Source: Bugula neritina (lineage: Eukaryota; Animalia; Bryozoa). Taken from it: a stretch of 64,000 bases of DNA. A model generated the notes under the pieces. The model made no database searches and had not been told where the DNA came from. It saw only the letters and a program-made list of their open reading frames with translations. A program made the position numbers and the translations under genes. This document shows positions 53,001 to 64,000 of the stretch, piece after piece; the stretch's first letter is position 1, and each line of letters starts with the position of its first letter. Location of the stretch: NCBI GenBank assembly GCA_964035545.1, contig OZ037771.1, positions 8,177,408-8,241,407 on the forward strand. The letters are read 5' to 3'.

Positions 53001-55076
53001 AATCACTTTGCTGCCGTAAAATGACTAATGATATTATCCTGCACTGACAACTGCCTTGATATTCTTCTTTTATAAACCTAGCTATTACAACTTCATACTC
53101 TACTGTTACAATGCGTAATGTATTTATATGCGGTGTAAATATCTCACATGTATAATGTACATATAATATTATGTATTATGCTTGCTCTGACATACGCCTG
53201 GTACTCTAATACTACAGATAGACACTGTTGGTGTATATTCCCCTCTGAAGGACTTCACTTTCAGTCTGCTATACTCAGGACTAGACAGACCACATCTGCA
53301 CCTTCATAACCCAGTCTGTGGTAAGCTCTGTCTTATAGATAGTGAGCAGACATCACATGAGTGTATAATGTGCAGCACATTTAAGTAAAACATTTATTCT
53401 TTCGCATGCATGTAAAAACCAATTGCAATTACATCTGCAAAAAGCTTTCAGTCATCTCTTTATTCAAAAGCAGTTGCCTTCTCTTTAAAAAGCTGCTGTG
53501 AAAATTATGTTGGCTAAAACATAATGGAAAATGCTAAATCACTTTTATTCTCACAGAATATCAGAAGTTGTTTTGACAAGTCATCTGTCATATTTTAGGA
53601 TATTTTGACTTTGAATCTGATATTATTTAAGGACTAGAGTGCAGACGTCCTCATTGAAGCTACTGATTATACTACTAAGTTCTGTTCTGTTGTAGAAAGC
53701 GGGGGCCGTGACCACTGGTTGCTGAGCAGCTATTGTGCACATCTCACCATGTACCACAGCTCCAGGAAAGTTCCCACAACAAATATTAAGAATGAGTACA
53801 TACTGTGCATTGACAGATCTGGTACGTTTTTCAATTGGGTGGTCAGTTGGTCCAGCTCAGAAATGAGTGATATTCTATAATGTAATCTCTACAATGTATA
53901 TATATATTGACTATGTGTTGTGTATAGCAGAGTGACTTTGATAGATTTGCTCAACTTCCAATTTATTGTGAAAACCTGTTTGTATTGCTGCTATTAATTC
54001 GTAATGTGGAGCATTCGTACCCTTGACATAGTCTGCAAATCTTCAGTTAGGTAACAGCTGCACTGACAGCAAAAGTAACCGCACGCTAGCACAACAAAGT
54101 GTTGCAGATTGTGGTTTTGTCAAAGTTTGATACCTAAAATAGATGTTTTAATGCTATAAGAGTGTCCCTCATAGTGGTTGATTTAATGCTAAATAGCTTT
54201 TCTTATCGCCAGGTTATTTGATCTCAAAGAGTTTAGGCACTGCTGATGAAACCTCTTAATAGTAATAATATGTTTGTAGCGAGCATGTATGGAGAGAAGT
54301 TGGCACATGTAAAGGAAACTGTGCAATATTTTATTCGATTTCTCAAACCAGGCAGCTATTTTAACATAATCAGCTTCGGGTCCACAGTACAACCTCTGTT
54401 CAAGTAAGTTTCACCAATAAACTGCTAGTTTACAGTTCCTTAAATTACTTCACATGGATTAAGACTTGACATGTTCCCAATTCTCTTGTAGAACTAGTCA
54501 GAAGCTGGTAACGTACACTGCTAGAAAGGCTATGAAGTTAAGGAGATCACTCAGAGCCGATATGCTGGGTACAGACGTGATGGGTTTACTCAAGCATCTC
54601 TACTCGCAGCCCAATCAAACTCACAACTGCAAGCAGGTTGATTGCTGTATTATAACTAATTCATAACATATATTTTAGCAGCAAACTACTTTCAATTTTT
54701 ACAAGAAGCTGAGATATGATATGACAAGTAACAAATACAATAAAAAAGTTTTTAATCTTCTTGTCTTTTTGTATAATGTATGCATACATACCTTACATAC
54801 CTGTATAAACACGCACGCACGCACACACACACACACGAGTGACAGTTACAGTGCATGTAGACACACTTTCTAACTGTCCAGGTGTATGTAATTACGGATG
54901 GGGCTGTAGAACGCCCAGATGAGTGTATTGAGTTGGTAAGAAAGAACCGTGGGAAGTGCAGGATGTTCACCTTTGGCCTGGATAAGACAGCCTCCAGATG
55001 CTTAGTGACTCATCTAGCCAAGGCCGGTAGTGGAAGATGCTACCACATACGCAACCCTAGCCATCTCTGTCAAAAG
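47016..55076 (+). CDS. VIT + von Willebrand factor A domain protein (VWA5A/VWA5B-like), 5' part
   Basis: Exons ~47016-47103, 47717-47952, 49901-50083, 52744-52883, 53218-53320, 53697-53821, 54280-54403, 54492-54636 and 54882-55076 join in phase. VIT-like KVKAVKLFVTVNGLIGDVSVSFQFRN...FMYPL and LGVIFPADEITVTLQY...VKFVFP. vWA with MIDAS EYILCIDRSASM, FNIISFGS, ADMLGT and VYVITDG. No further exon was recognised in the window. Confidence 0.85.
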
Positions 55077-56075
55077 GTTTCATCTACATTTATATACACA
55101 ATATAATATGAGAAAAAAGGCAAATTATATGTGACCTGGCACCACAAAACAAGGGATGTATATAAAATGTTGGATACCTAGTTATTACTATGGAGTGATA
55201 GAGCAGACTTTTTTGAACATTTTGCACTTTATTTGAAGTCTCTAGCATAAGTAGAACTCGAGATATCAGTATTTAAAAACCTTAACGTTTTTAGAATTTC
55301 TAAATTACTGTTTCGAGAAAATCGCGTTTAAAGTTGGCAACTCTAGAATAAGTTGAGAATTATTTGTTTACAATTTACAAGCCTTAGCAACGGGTCTTTG
55401 TATAACAGGAATAGTGACAAATTTGGTATCAAAATAATTGTGAAAGTTTGGGCTTTCTGTTAAACTAAATTTCATGCTGCCTCAACATAAAATTAGGTCA
55501 AATATGGCCGCCAAACTTTTTGTCTAATTTATTTGTCAATTTGCTTTTTACTTTGTTTAATGGTTGAAAGGTTTAACAATTCCAGCAAAGAAGAAGATGT
55601 TTCAGCAAGTTTGTGTGTTGAGATATTTAAATTAGGCATCCAAGTCAGCAGGAAATCATATAAAACAAAATGGCAGCTGCTTCCTCTTATACATTGAATA
55701 CCTCCCTTTCCTCTAATATATTCTGTAATAGCCTATATCAAACTGCAGCTATTGAGCTGTGCTGTTTCATAATTATTGCTTTATGAGTAGAACACTTATG
55801 AGAAAATTATTTGACTATTATGAGATCATGCGAGGTTCATTCATAAATATCTTTATAATCTCTAACAGCAACTACATTTAGCAATTGATTTGGCTGAGAT
55901 GTTGAAAATATTATAAACATAAAATCAGCTATTTGAACTTTTGAGTTTTATTAGGCATTAATATTCACATTTAAAACATCAAATACATTATTTTAAAAAA
56001 CCAATTAAATGCAGTAAAAAATCCAGCCTGGATACAACCATTATGCTTGAATTAACTCTTATCAAGAAAAGAAAA

Positions 56076-58890
56076 TTAGATAGCTTCTACGGTTTTTGCA
56101 GAGAAGGCACTTATCATCTTTCTACTTTCTTGGTCTTCATAATATGGGTTTACGGAGTATGGACACATAACATCATGTATATGGCAAAAGCTTCATCACT
56201 ATCATCAGTTGATTTTCTAGCAATTATAGATGCTGCTACTTGACATCCATCCTGCCAATCTACCCATCTATTGTCTATTCCAGAGCTGCAAGTACAATGT
56301 TGACTTTTTTAAATAACAAAAGGAAACGGTAGCTTGATTAGAAATTATACCCAGTTATATTATAAAAATTTAGTTGGCTGAACACTGTTGTAGTACTATT
56401 ATGGCAGTAGTTAATTGTGATCCTGCATTTCATCAACGTTTAAATTTATTGAATTAAACTGAACAATTTAAATTAAAAAAATGCTTGATAATTTTCAAGC
56501 ACATCATTAAAAGACTGCAAACCTTTTTATGAATGAAATAAGCAGAAGCCATAACCTTGAAAGCCAAAATTCGGAGTGTCTACATTAGAAGTATTAGATT
56601 GATAGGTAGTAGAGTTGTGTAGGTATAAGTCTTCACTCTAATGCCCTCACAAGTGCACTTTCTAAAATGTACAGAATATCGGATTATTCTATATTAACAT
56701 AGTATTATCAGTAAAATTACACATTATGCACTTGAATATCTAGCATATCTGCAATTGGTAATTTTGAAGCAATGTCTTTAGATAACTATTAACCACTCAG
56801 GCATTTAATTGAGTAAAAGAGCTAGCTAAGTGCAACTGAATCTATTAGAGACATTTACTATAAAATCAATTTGAATTCAATGAATTACTTTAAAATATGA
56901 ATAAATTTTTGCTCATCTTATAATAAAATTAAAAAAAGTTTAGACTATTTATGCATTCAGTTAGTGTTACTACTCACTAAATAAGACTAAAAGTAACTTG
57001 CTGAAAAACTAAGTCAGTCAACTATAGAATCATCATGAACTCGCATTAATATTTCATCATTATAATCATTTACATTTAGTCACATTTATCATTTCAATTT
57101 GGTTATAGGTGATGCTTTTATGAATATAAATATGATTATCAATTGAGTTTTGATAGTAACACTAACTGTAAGCCTGCATAATGTGATAAAGATTTTATCA
57201 TTATATTTTAAATCAAACTTTGAGCTAATTTAAAAATCACAAAAGGAACCGGTAGTTTGACTAGTACCAGTAGGCCTAATGTTAATACTAATAGTAATAG
57301 TAATCAGTAACTGTATTGACAAAATCTAAGACAGAGGCTAAAAGTTACTAAGAGTAAGAGTAAGTCTAATGTAAATTGAAATATCAACTATAGAATAAAT
57401 CAATAAATATAATACTATCAGTATGAGTATCAAGTTTTAATAGCGAAAGCAAAACTCAGAGTCAGACCCAAATAATAATACAGTAATACTAATAAGTAAT
57501 AAGTAATAGTAATACTAATACAGTAATAGTAATAGTGAATTTATAACTAATACTATTAATTACTTATAGTTATAGTTATACTTATAGTTATAGTTATACT
57601 TATACTATTAGTATTAGTATTATTATTAATGAGTTACATTTGGTTTTACTACCAAATACCAGTATCGGTAAATCATGAATAATAGTCATTATGATTACCA
57701 TTATGAGTAACCGTACCTCAAACTGTGAGTCATAGTGAAAGTCATTTAAATAGTTACTAGTAGTAGTATAGAATAGAATAGACTAAGACAGACTCCTACT
57801 ACTAGTGATAGTATAAATATTATTAAATTGATAACTACAAATAATTCTGGCAACAATTCTAAGTTAGTAGCGTAAATGATTGTTTTGAGTATAATTACCT
57901 GTATTGTTGTGGTTTTCAAGCTTGAACGCTAAAGATAAAGATTAAGTTCAGCATTTATCACCAAAGGGCAAAACAGCTCAGTAACTTAAAAGCTAACTTT
58001 GGATGGAACACAATGAAAAACTAAAACTAGCCTTCGATTTTAAATATGATGCTTCTGACAGTACGAAGAAAGAGGTGTAAGCTAAATTCATTTGATAAAA
58101 AAATTAATTTGCAAGATCTCATGCTATGAAAGTGACTAAAATTGTCTTCTTTCTTTAATCGATAACTTCGCAATTTTTTCATCATTTAAAAAATTGAAAG
58201 CCTTAGTTACCAACTTTAAATGCAATTTTAGAGCTGAAGGAACCATCAAATGCTTACGAAAGTATGATTTTTGAAATCCTTAGATTTTTTTGCACTAGAA
58301 AAGTCTAAAATCTAAAAATTGAAAATTAATTTCAAATTTAAGTATTTCCAAATTAAACCTTCATTTACTACACTTAAACATCGTAGGCATCCAGGTTATT
58401 TCGATAAAATCAATTACTGTTAATTAAAAGTTCATACTTTTTTAGTTGCATTCACAAAATATTTAAAAAAAATCTCAACTCAATATACCAGAAAAAATGA
58501 ATTAAAATATATGTGTTAATAGCACTGATATTGACGTGACCGTGGCACATGAAAAATCTGAAAGAAGAGTTGTCTTCTATTTTTCTATATTAACGTATAG
58601 AGCTTGCCGTGAAAATACAGATTTTTAAAAAAAAATATTGTGACCCTCTGGTAACTTTTTGAATTTAGAAAATTGGCTCATATATTTCTTTTCATGTGGA
58701 CAACAGCTCACTTTTTTTTAAATTTATTTTGAAGCTCTTTTCGTAAAAAATAATCAAAAGTAAAAAATCCAAAATTTTTACAAATTGGTTCGGGGCTTGA
58801 CGTGAAAGGCGTTTGGACAAAGATGTCAAGGTCACCATTAATAAATATATTATTTCATCACAATACTGCACGGAAAGTTAATGAAGTGAG
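56076..58890 (-). pseudogene. Candidate decayed spliced gene inside the element (exons 58890-57899 split by an insertion, 56661-56556, 56285-56076); product unknown
   Basis: AG/GT-bounded, relatively GC-richer islands with compatible phases. The last exon reads SGIDNRWVDWQDGCQVAASII...(frameshift)HDVMCPYSVNPYYEDQ. The first two exons contain many stops, so support is weak. Confidence 0.35.
57990..58837. mobile_element. Probable nested ~850-bp non-autonomous TTAA-flanked DNA element
   Basis: TTAA at 57986-57989 and 58838-58841, an A/T-tract composition unlike the flanks, only weak terminal symmetry; removing it rejoins an AG...GT-bounded candidate exon. Confidence 0.5.
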
Positions 58891-60323
58891 CTGAAAATTA
58901 GGTTGCTAGCATATTGATATACATTATATTGGTTGTTACAGTATTATTTTTTAAATTTGTTTTGTTATCAGTTATGTTTAACTTTTTCATAAAGCTGCTG
59001 TTAGACTAAGAGTAAGACATAATATTACCATTACTAATGGTAATATTATGTCTTACTAGCCCGCATTAGCAACAATGATAATATTAAATTAAAATTATTA
59101 TTAAATTCACGGTGAAGTGTCACTATGACTATGATACTCTATAACTATGAGTATGAGTATCGTATAAATTAATTATAATGAGTATGAGTATCACTATGAC
59201 ATTAACTCAATCAGTGATTGACTATGTCTATTACTATGAATATGACTATGCATAACTCAATGAGAATATCAATATGAATATGGCTTCTAATTCTTGTAAC
59301 TTTTGACTATGACGATGCTGATACTGATAATCACTGCCAGCCCAAGTCTCATACTCATAGTGATACTATTACTATTGTCTATTAGTATTAATAATTAGTA
59401 TTACTCTTAGTACAACTACTAGTATTACTCATAGTTCTGATAATGATGCAGATGATAGTTTTAGAAGTTCTACTTCTACTTTTAATTTTATAGTACGCTA
59501 GATTGTATATGTTGAACTCTACTCATTTTTTACTACTAATGCTAATACTAATAGTAATAGTAATAATGATTATAGTTGTTATAATGATAGTAATACTAAT
59601 AGTAATAACAACTATTTAAATTTGATAATTCATGTTTTACAACAGCATTATCACTTATCAATTACATTGGTTCATAATATGCTTATTTTAATTTTGCTTT
59701 GTGTGTTTTGTCATGTTGTAAATTTAAGTTTGTATGGTTATTTAATGAACTAGAGAACTAGCCAAATGTTATGTAACAGTTGCAATAATTTACTATAAAC
59801 TCAGTGAAATTTAAAACCTAATTGATATTACTATAACATTGATTGTACAGAGGTAGCTAAAATATACATTAAATTACCAATAATTTTAACTCGCCAATAC
59901 ACTATGAGTAGAACAATCAAATGCAATGATAGAAAATTAATTAGTCATAGCAGCCCGTTGCTTGAAGAACATCAAGCTACAGGTCTAAAATTATGTAGTT
60001 TTGTGATCCATTACATAACAAAATAATTTTTTTCAAACTGGTTTAATACTTTTATTATGAACACGCTTATCAAAGTAACATGTTTGTGATGTATATTCTA
60101 TTAAAAAAGCAATCACATCAGGTTTTCAACTTGTATGTTGTACAATGTTTATTATGGTGACAAGTTACTAAATCATATGGTTCAGCTTTGTAAAGTAAAG
60201 CTGATAAAATAAATACAAGTATGTGATTGTTTTACTACTATATATTAAATTTAAATGAGTTGAATAATATCCTAGTGCAGTGAATTAGATATTTTTTAGC
60301 TTTGGTACACCTGTTTGTTATAG

Positions 60324-60954
60324 GCTAACATTCCACCAATAGAAGAATGGTGCAAGTAGAAGAAATTTCAGGCGCAGAAAGCTAAGGAGCAGTCAGAATG
60401 CTGCCAGAGTTGTGAAGAGGCACTTGAAAAAGCTGAATTTCAATAATGACATGACATTCGTAACATATCACCCTGGTGTATTTGAACTGACATGGCCAGC
60501 AGAGTTCTCGAAGTCACATTCAACAGCTATTTACATCATCATGGTTAGCTTAAATTTAATTCCTATATCAGTCTCTAATATATAGTTTGATATCTGCTGT
60601 AAATTCGCTTAAGGAGCATACACATAACCAAAACTGAGTTACACTATAGTATTTGTTCTTGAATATATTTACCAAGATAAGTAGATTTGCTAATTCATTT
60701 TAACAGTAAAATTATAATGATACAACAATTTTTCTTTTAGATGATTCAATCAATAACACAAGACACTACAACATGGTTTTGCAGTTATAGAGTATTAATT
60801 TTCTGGCTCTTTCCAAATCTTCATAGAAGGCAAAGAAAACCACCGTCAGCTTGCCTTTATAACTGAGTGCAAGCTTCTTCCACCTACAGATGATGATAAA
60901 CAATTTGCTGATGTGGAACTTTCTAATTTTGTTTACAATGAAGATAGATTATAG
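60324..60954 (+). pseudogene. P2X7 C-terminal ballast / KolX-like Cys-rich protein pseudogene (exons 60324-60543, 60741-60954)
   Basis: EEWCK*KKFQ...SECCQSCEE...(frameshift)FVTYHPG...(frameshift)VLEVTFNSYLHHH | ...FCSYRVLIFWLFPNLHRRQRKPPSACLYN*V...PPTDDDKQF follows the family pattern WCxCxxC...CC...CITxHPGF...YRxxxxWxxxxLxxxxRxxLPSCxxxxIRxxFP. Confidence 0.75.
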
Positions 60955-61057
60955 GACATTATTCTTTATGTAAAGATTGTCAAGTTTTGTTATAATTAAG
61001 AACAGTTTTAGTTTCAATAAATCAGTTCAACATTATGGACATCATTGCACAAACATT

Positions 61058-61658
61058 TTAATCTTTACTATCTACAAAGGTATCTGATGAACTACTTGAA
61101 AATACAAAACTATGCTCCAGATACACAATGAACTGACCAGCAAAGTTAAAATGAGTTGGAGATGTAGAACATAATATCTTGTTCAAGGCTTTTCCCTGCT
61201 GTTGGAACCTTCTTCTTCAGAACACTGAATTGAACAAACATATGTAGATATATAAAACTTTGCAAACAATAATAATGTGAAATTAGTTGCTAAGTATCAC
61301 ATTGCTAATAAATACAGCATTGTGTAATATTTTATTTAATTTTTTTTTGAGCCATTTGATCTATAGGCCCGCATAGTATTTACTATATTATAACTAATAA
61401 ATTGCAGACACATTATGTCAGACCAGTCTCCATTTAAATAGAATAGTGTAGGCTATCAAATTTGTAGAAGTAAAAAACCGCATTCTTATTGAGTAAAATA
61501 CTTACCTTTTTTTTCATGATGCCTCTACTGCTAAAAAGAGAAGTTTTTATCAATACAGCTCCATCAATCCGTATCCTGATGAAGCTAGTAGTTTAGGAAC
61601 ATTTGTGGCGGGAGTGTAGGCTGAGCTGCAGTATAGGAAGAACCCCAACATATGTAAT
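61058..61658 (-). pseudogene. Candidate decayed spliced gene convergent on the KolX-like gene (exons 61658-61506, 61224-61058; possible 5' exon near 63364-63425)
   Basis: Strong donor AG|gtaagt at 61505 and acceptor ttcag| at 61225. In-phase translation MLGFFLYCSSAYTPATNVPKLLASSGYGLMELY**KLL...SVLKKKVPTAGKSLEQDIMFY contains several stops; no family recognised. Confidence 0.35.
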
Positions 61659-64000
61659 CTATTCAGCACATTATATGTATTGTAGAAATTTATTCAAAAA
61701 AGAATTTAGAAAATGCTTCATGAAGCATGAACAAAATAAAAATTAATGCTGTAATATTATTACACCCATTAGAATTACTAGCAGCTATAGCATTAAAATT
61801 ATGTATTTTTATAAAAATGTGTCTAATTTATGCTACAAAGTTATTACTGCCAAAGGTTACAGAATTTACCAGTCACATTCATGCAGCTGATGGAGAATAA
61901 CTAACCTTCACATGCAATAAATACAATTAGTAGCTCTATCTAAAACTAATGCGCTGCTAAATGTTAGGAGTATAAGTTATAGTTATTCTAAGGAATAATT
62001 GCAAAAAAAGTTACGTAGAGGAATTTAACTCTTATTATATTGTAATTATCTTCCAAGATATATTACAACATCACTACTTGGATACATACAATGTCATATT
62101 TATATTGGCATCAACATAATTTTCAATAATTTCCAATCTATTAACTTGAGCATTATGATTGTGATTATTTTATAAATAAGGCGATGATTAGGCACTGTTG
62201 GTATTTTGGTTCAATTTATTTATAGCTGTAACAGGCAGAGTTGTAAATATAATGGATATATCAAAATTCCAATGGGTATAGTACTCTAACACAACATTGA
62301 TACTAATAATTGTAGTCACTTACTCTTAGAGTTAGTGAATGATGATACAGTCATAACAATTTGAATATCAATCAGCATTAGAGATAGACTGACTGCTTTA
62401 TAATATTATAGTTATTATGTCAAATTGAATTTATTCACTATAAATAAAAAAATTATGATTATAATTATAAATTAAAATAATTTAAATATTATATAATATA
62501 TTGATAATTATTGGAATCATAATTATATTTATTGTTATGATCATTATGATTATAATTATTTAATGTTATCTTTATGTTTGTATTTAAAATTGTTCCTTAA
62601 ATCTAAAGTTGTTTAAGTTTTTTTAAATTTATTATAATTATATTACTGTATAAGTATTGCTATTAGTATTAGTATAATTAAATTATTATAATTTATATTT
62701 TATTATTTACATTTATTTTACTTTTTATTTTAAGACCAACAGTTCAAATTAATACTTGTGTCGTTTGCTCTATATTATAACTTACAAGTATAACTATTAA
62801 CATAATAATATTAGATTTGCTGTTAGTATTACTATGAATATAAATATTTATGTTAATATAGCTAATGCTATCGGTATAACTTATACTTATAGTTATAACT
62901 AATATTACAAGTATTAGTTTCGAAACTGATCCTGCTCCGTAACATTAACATACTGATACTGTCATATGATTATCATTATGACTAATAATGGTATTAATAA
63001 ATATAACCATTGGATATTATTAATAATAGTTCACCAATACTAATAGGCGATAGTCATAGACTTAGAGTGAGAGTCATAGACATAGACTAGTGATACTCAT
63101 ACTGATAAGTGATAGTGATACTGTGATTCACTGATTCAATTACAAATTTTAAAACTTGTTTTTACGTAGACAACTACTAACCTATAGTTCATCACAAAAC
63201 GGTTGAAAATCATCATTTACTGCATATTTAAGAGTGATTTTCTGGTAGTGTGGTCGACATGATAATTGAAATTAAAATAGGAAAAATAATTATTTTGTGA
63301 TTTACAGCAAGTTACAAACTAGCGAAATGGAATAGTCCATTTGAAAACAGTCAAATTAGTTACCTTTCTTGATGTTGCGTAGCTAACGTTAGTTATTAGT
63401 AGCCGCCCGAAGAGTAACATGCATGTGATTTGAGCTACGAATAACGAGAATCTGTGACAAACCCGCTTCTTAATAACTTTACGCGATATAAACTCACGCT
63501 ACAATAGGGCTATTTTGCCATCCCCACGTCAGAATAGGACACGGAGGGCAAGCTCGCGGGCAAGTCTGGGCAAGTCTAAGACACCTAATATGACCACTTT
63601 TACTTGCATTTTTGTAGTGTTTTCGTATAAGAAATTGGATAAAATGCTGATAAAACAGTTGAAAAGCATGCAAACTTTTGCTCAAATGTCATAAATAACC
63701 TGGATGCTTACGGCCTTTAATAAACGCCGCCACATCCCCGGTTTTGTCGCGACTGGTCACATATATATCTTCATATAAGACTATAACTTTATACATAATT
63801 ATTGTGTTAAGCTGATGTGCTTTTCAAATGCGGAGAACACCTGCATTATCTAGCGTCAAAACCATTGTAAAAATCTAAAAATCTTCTTTTGCCTCAAGCC
63901 GTGTTGGTAAGGTGGTGTGAAGGCAAAATAACGCAGAAGCGGTTTTGTCTGGGTGCCTTTCCCAGCGTCACCAGTGAGGGTTTGCATCATCAACCTAGCA

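Larger units (their letters stand above)
55130..63761. mobile_element. ~8.6-kb TIR-bounded DNA element, decayed and multi-gene; superfamily unresolved
   Basis: Left end TGTGACCTGGCACCACAAAACAAGGGATGT versus right end (reverse complement) TGTGACCAGTCGCGACAAAACCGGGGATGT: 24/30 identical, TATA on both flanks. Interior contains a KolX/P2X7-ballast-like pseudogene. Confidence 0.78.

Noticed and set aside
56556-61658. RIP-like C-to-T hypermutation suggested by many TGA/TAA stops in element exons
   Set aside because: Stop density is similar to random AT-rich DNA and no intact reference copy is available to polarise the mutations.

Overview
AT-rich, intron-rich animal (invertebrate-type) genomic DNA; no prokaryotic features. 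I assembled four host genes by hand from GT/GC-AG splice sites and translation: the 3' end of an MS4A/CD20-like membrane gene (+, 461-2053); a complete KDM6A/UTX H3K27 demethylase (-, ~3484-19418; TPRs, JmjC, Zn finger); rotatin RTTN (+, 22406-45252, ~39 exons), head-to-head with KDM6A; and the 5' part of a VIT+vWA (VWA5A-like) gene (+, 47016-55076). About 50 bp into the next intron of the vWA gene begins an ~8.6-kb element (55130-63761) with imperfect 30-bp TGTGACC terminal inverted repeats and TA flanks. It carries a decayed spliced P2X7-ballast/KolX-like gene, two weaker candidate decayed genes, a probable nested TTAA-flanked insertion and a 47-bp palindrome. Four copies of a tRNA-derived SINE are present. 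Two further patterns stand out. First, many intronic minisatellites are built from, or start at, the exon-intron junction and so create arrays of decoy splice sites. Second, non-tandem 3/6-nt periodic TA-rich tracts cluster around inferred transcription starts. Exon boundaries are manual and may be off by a few bases; family assignments come from remembered motifs, not database searches.
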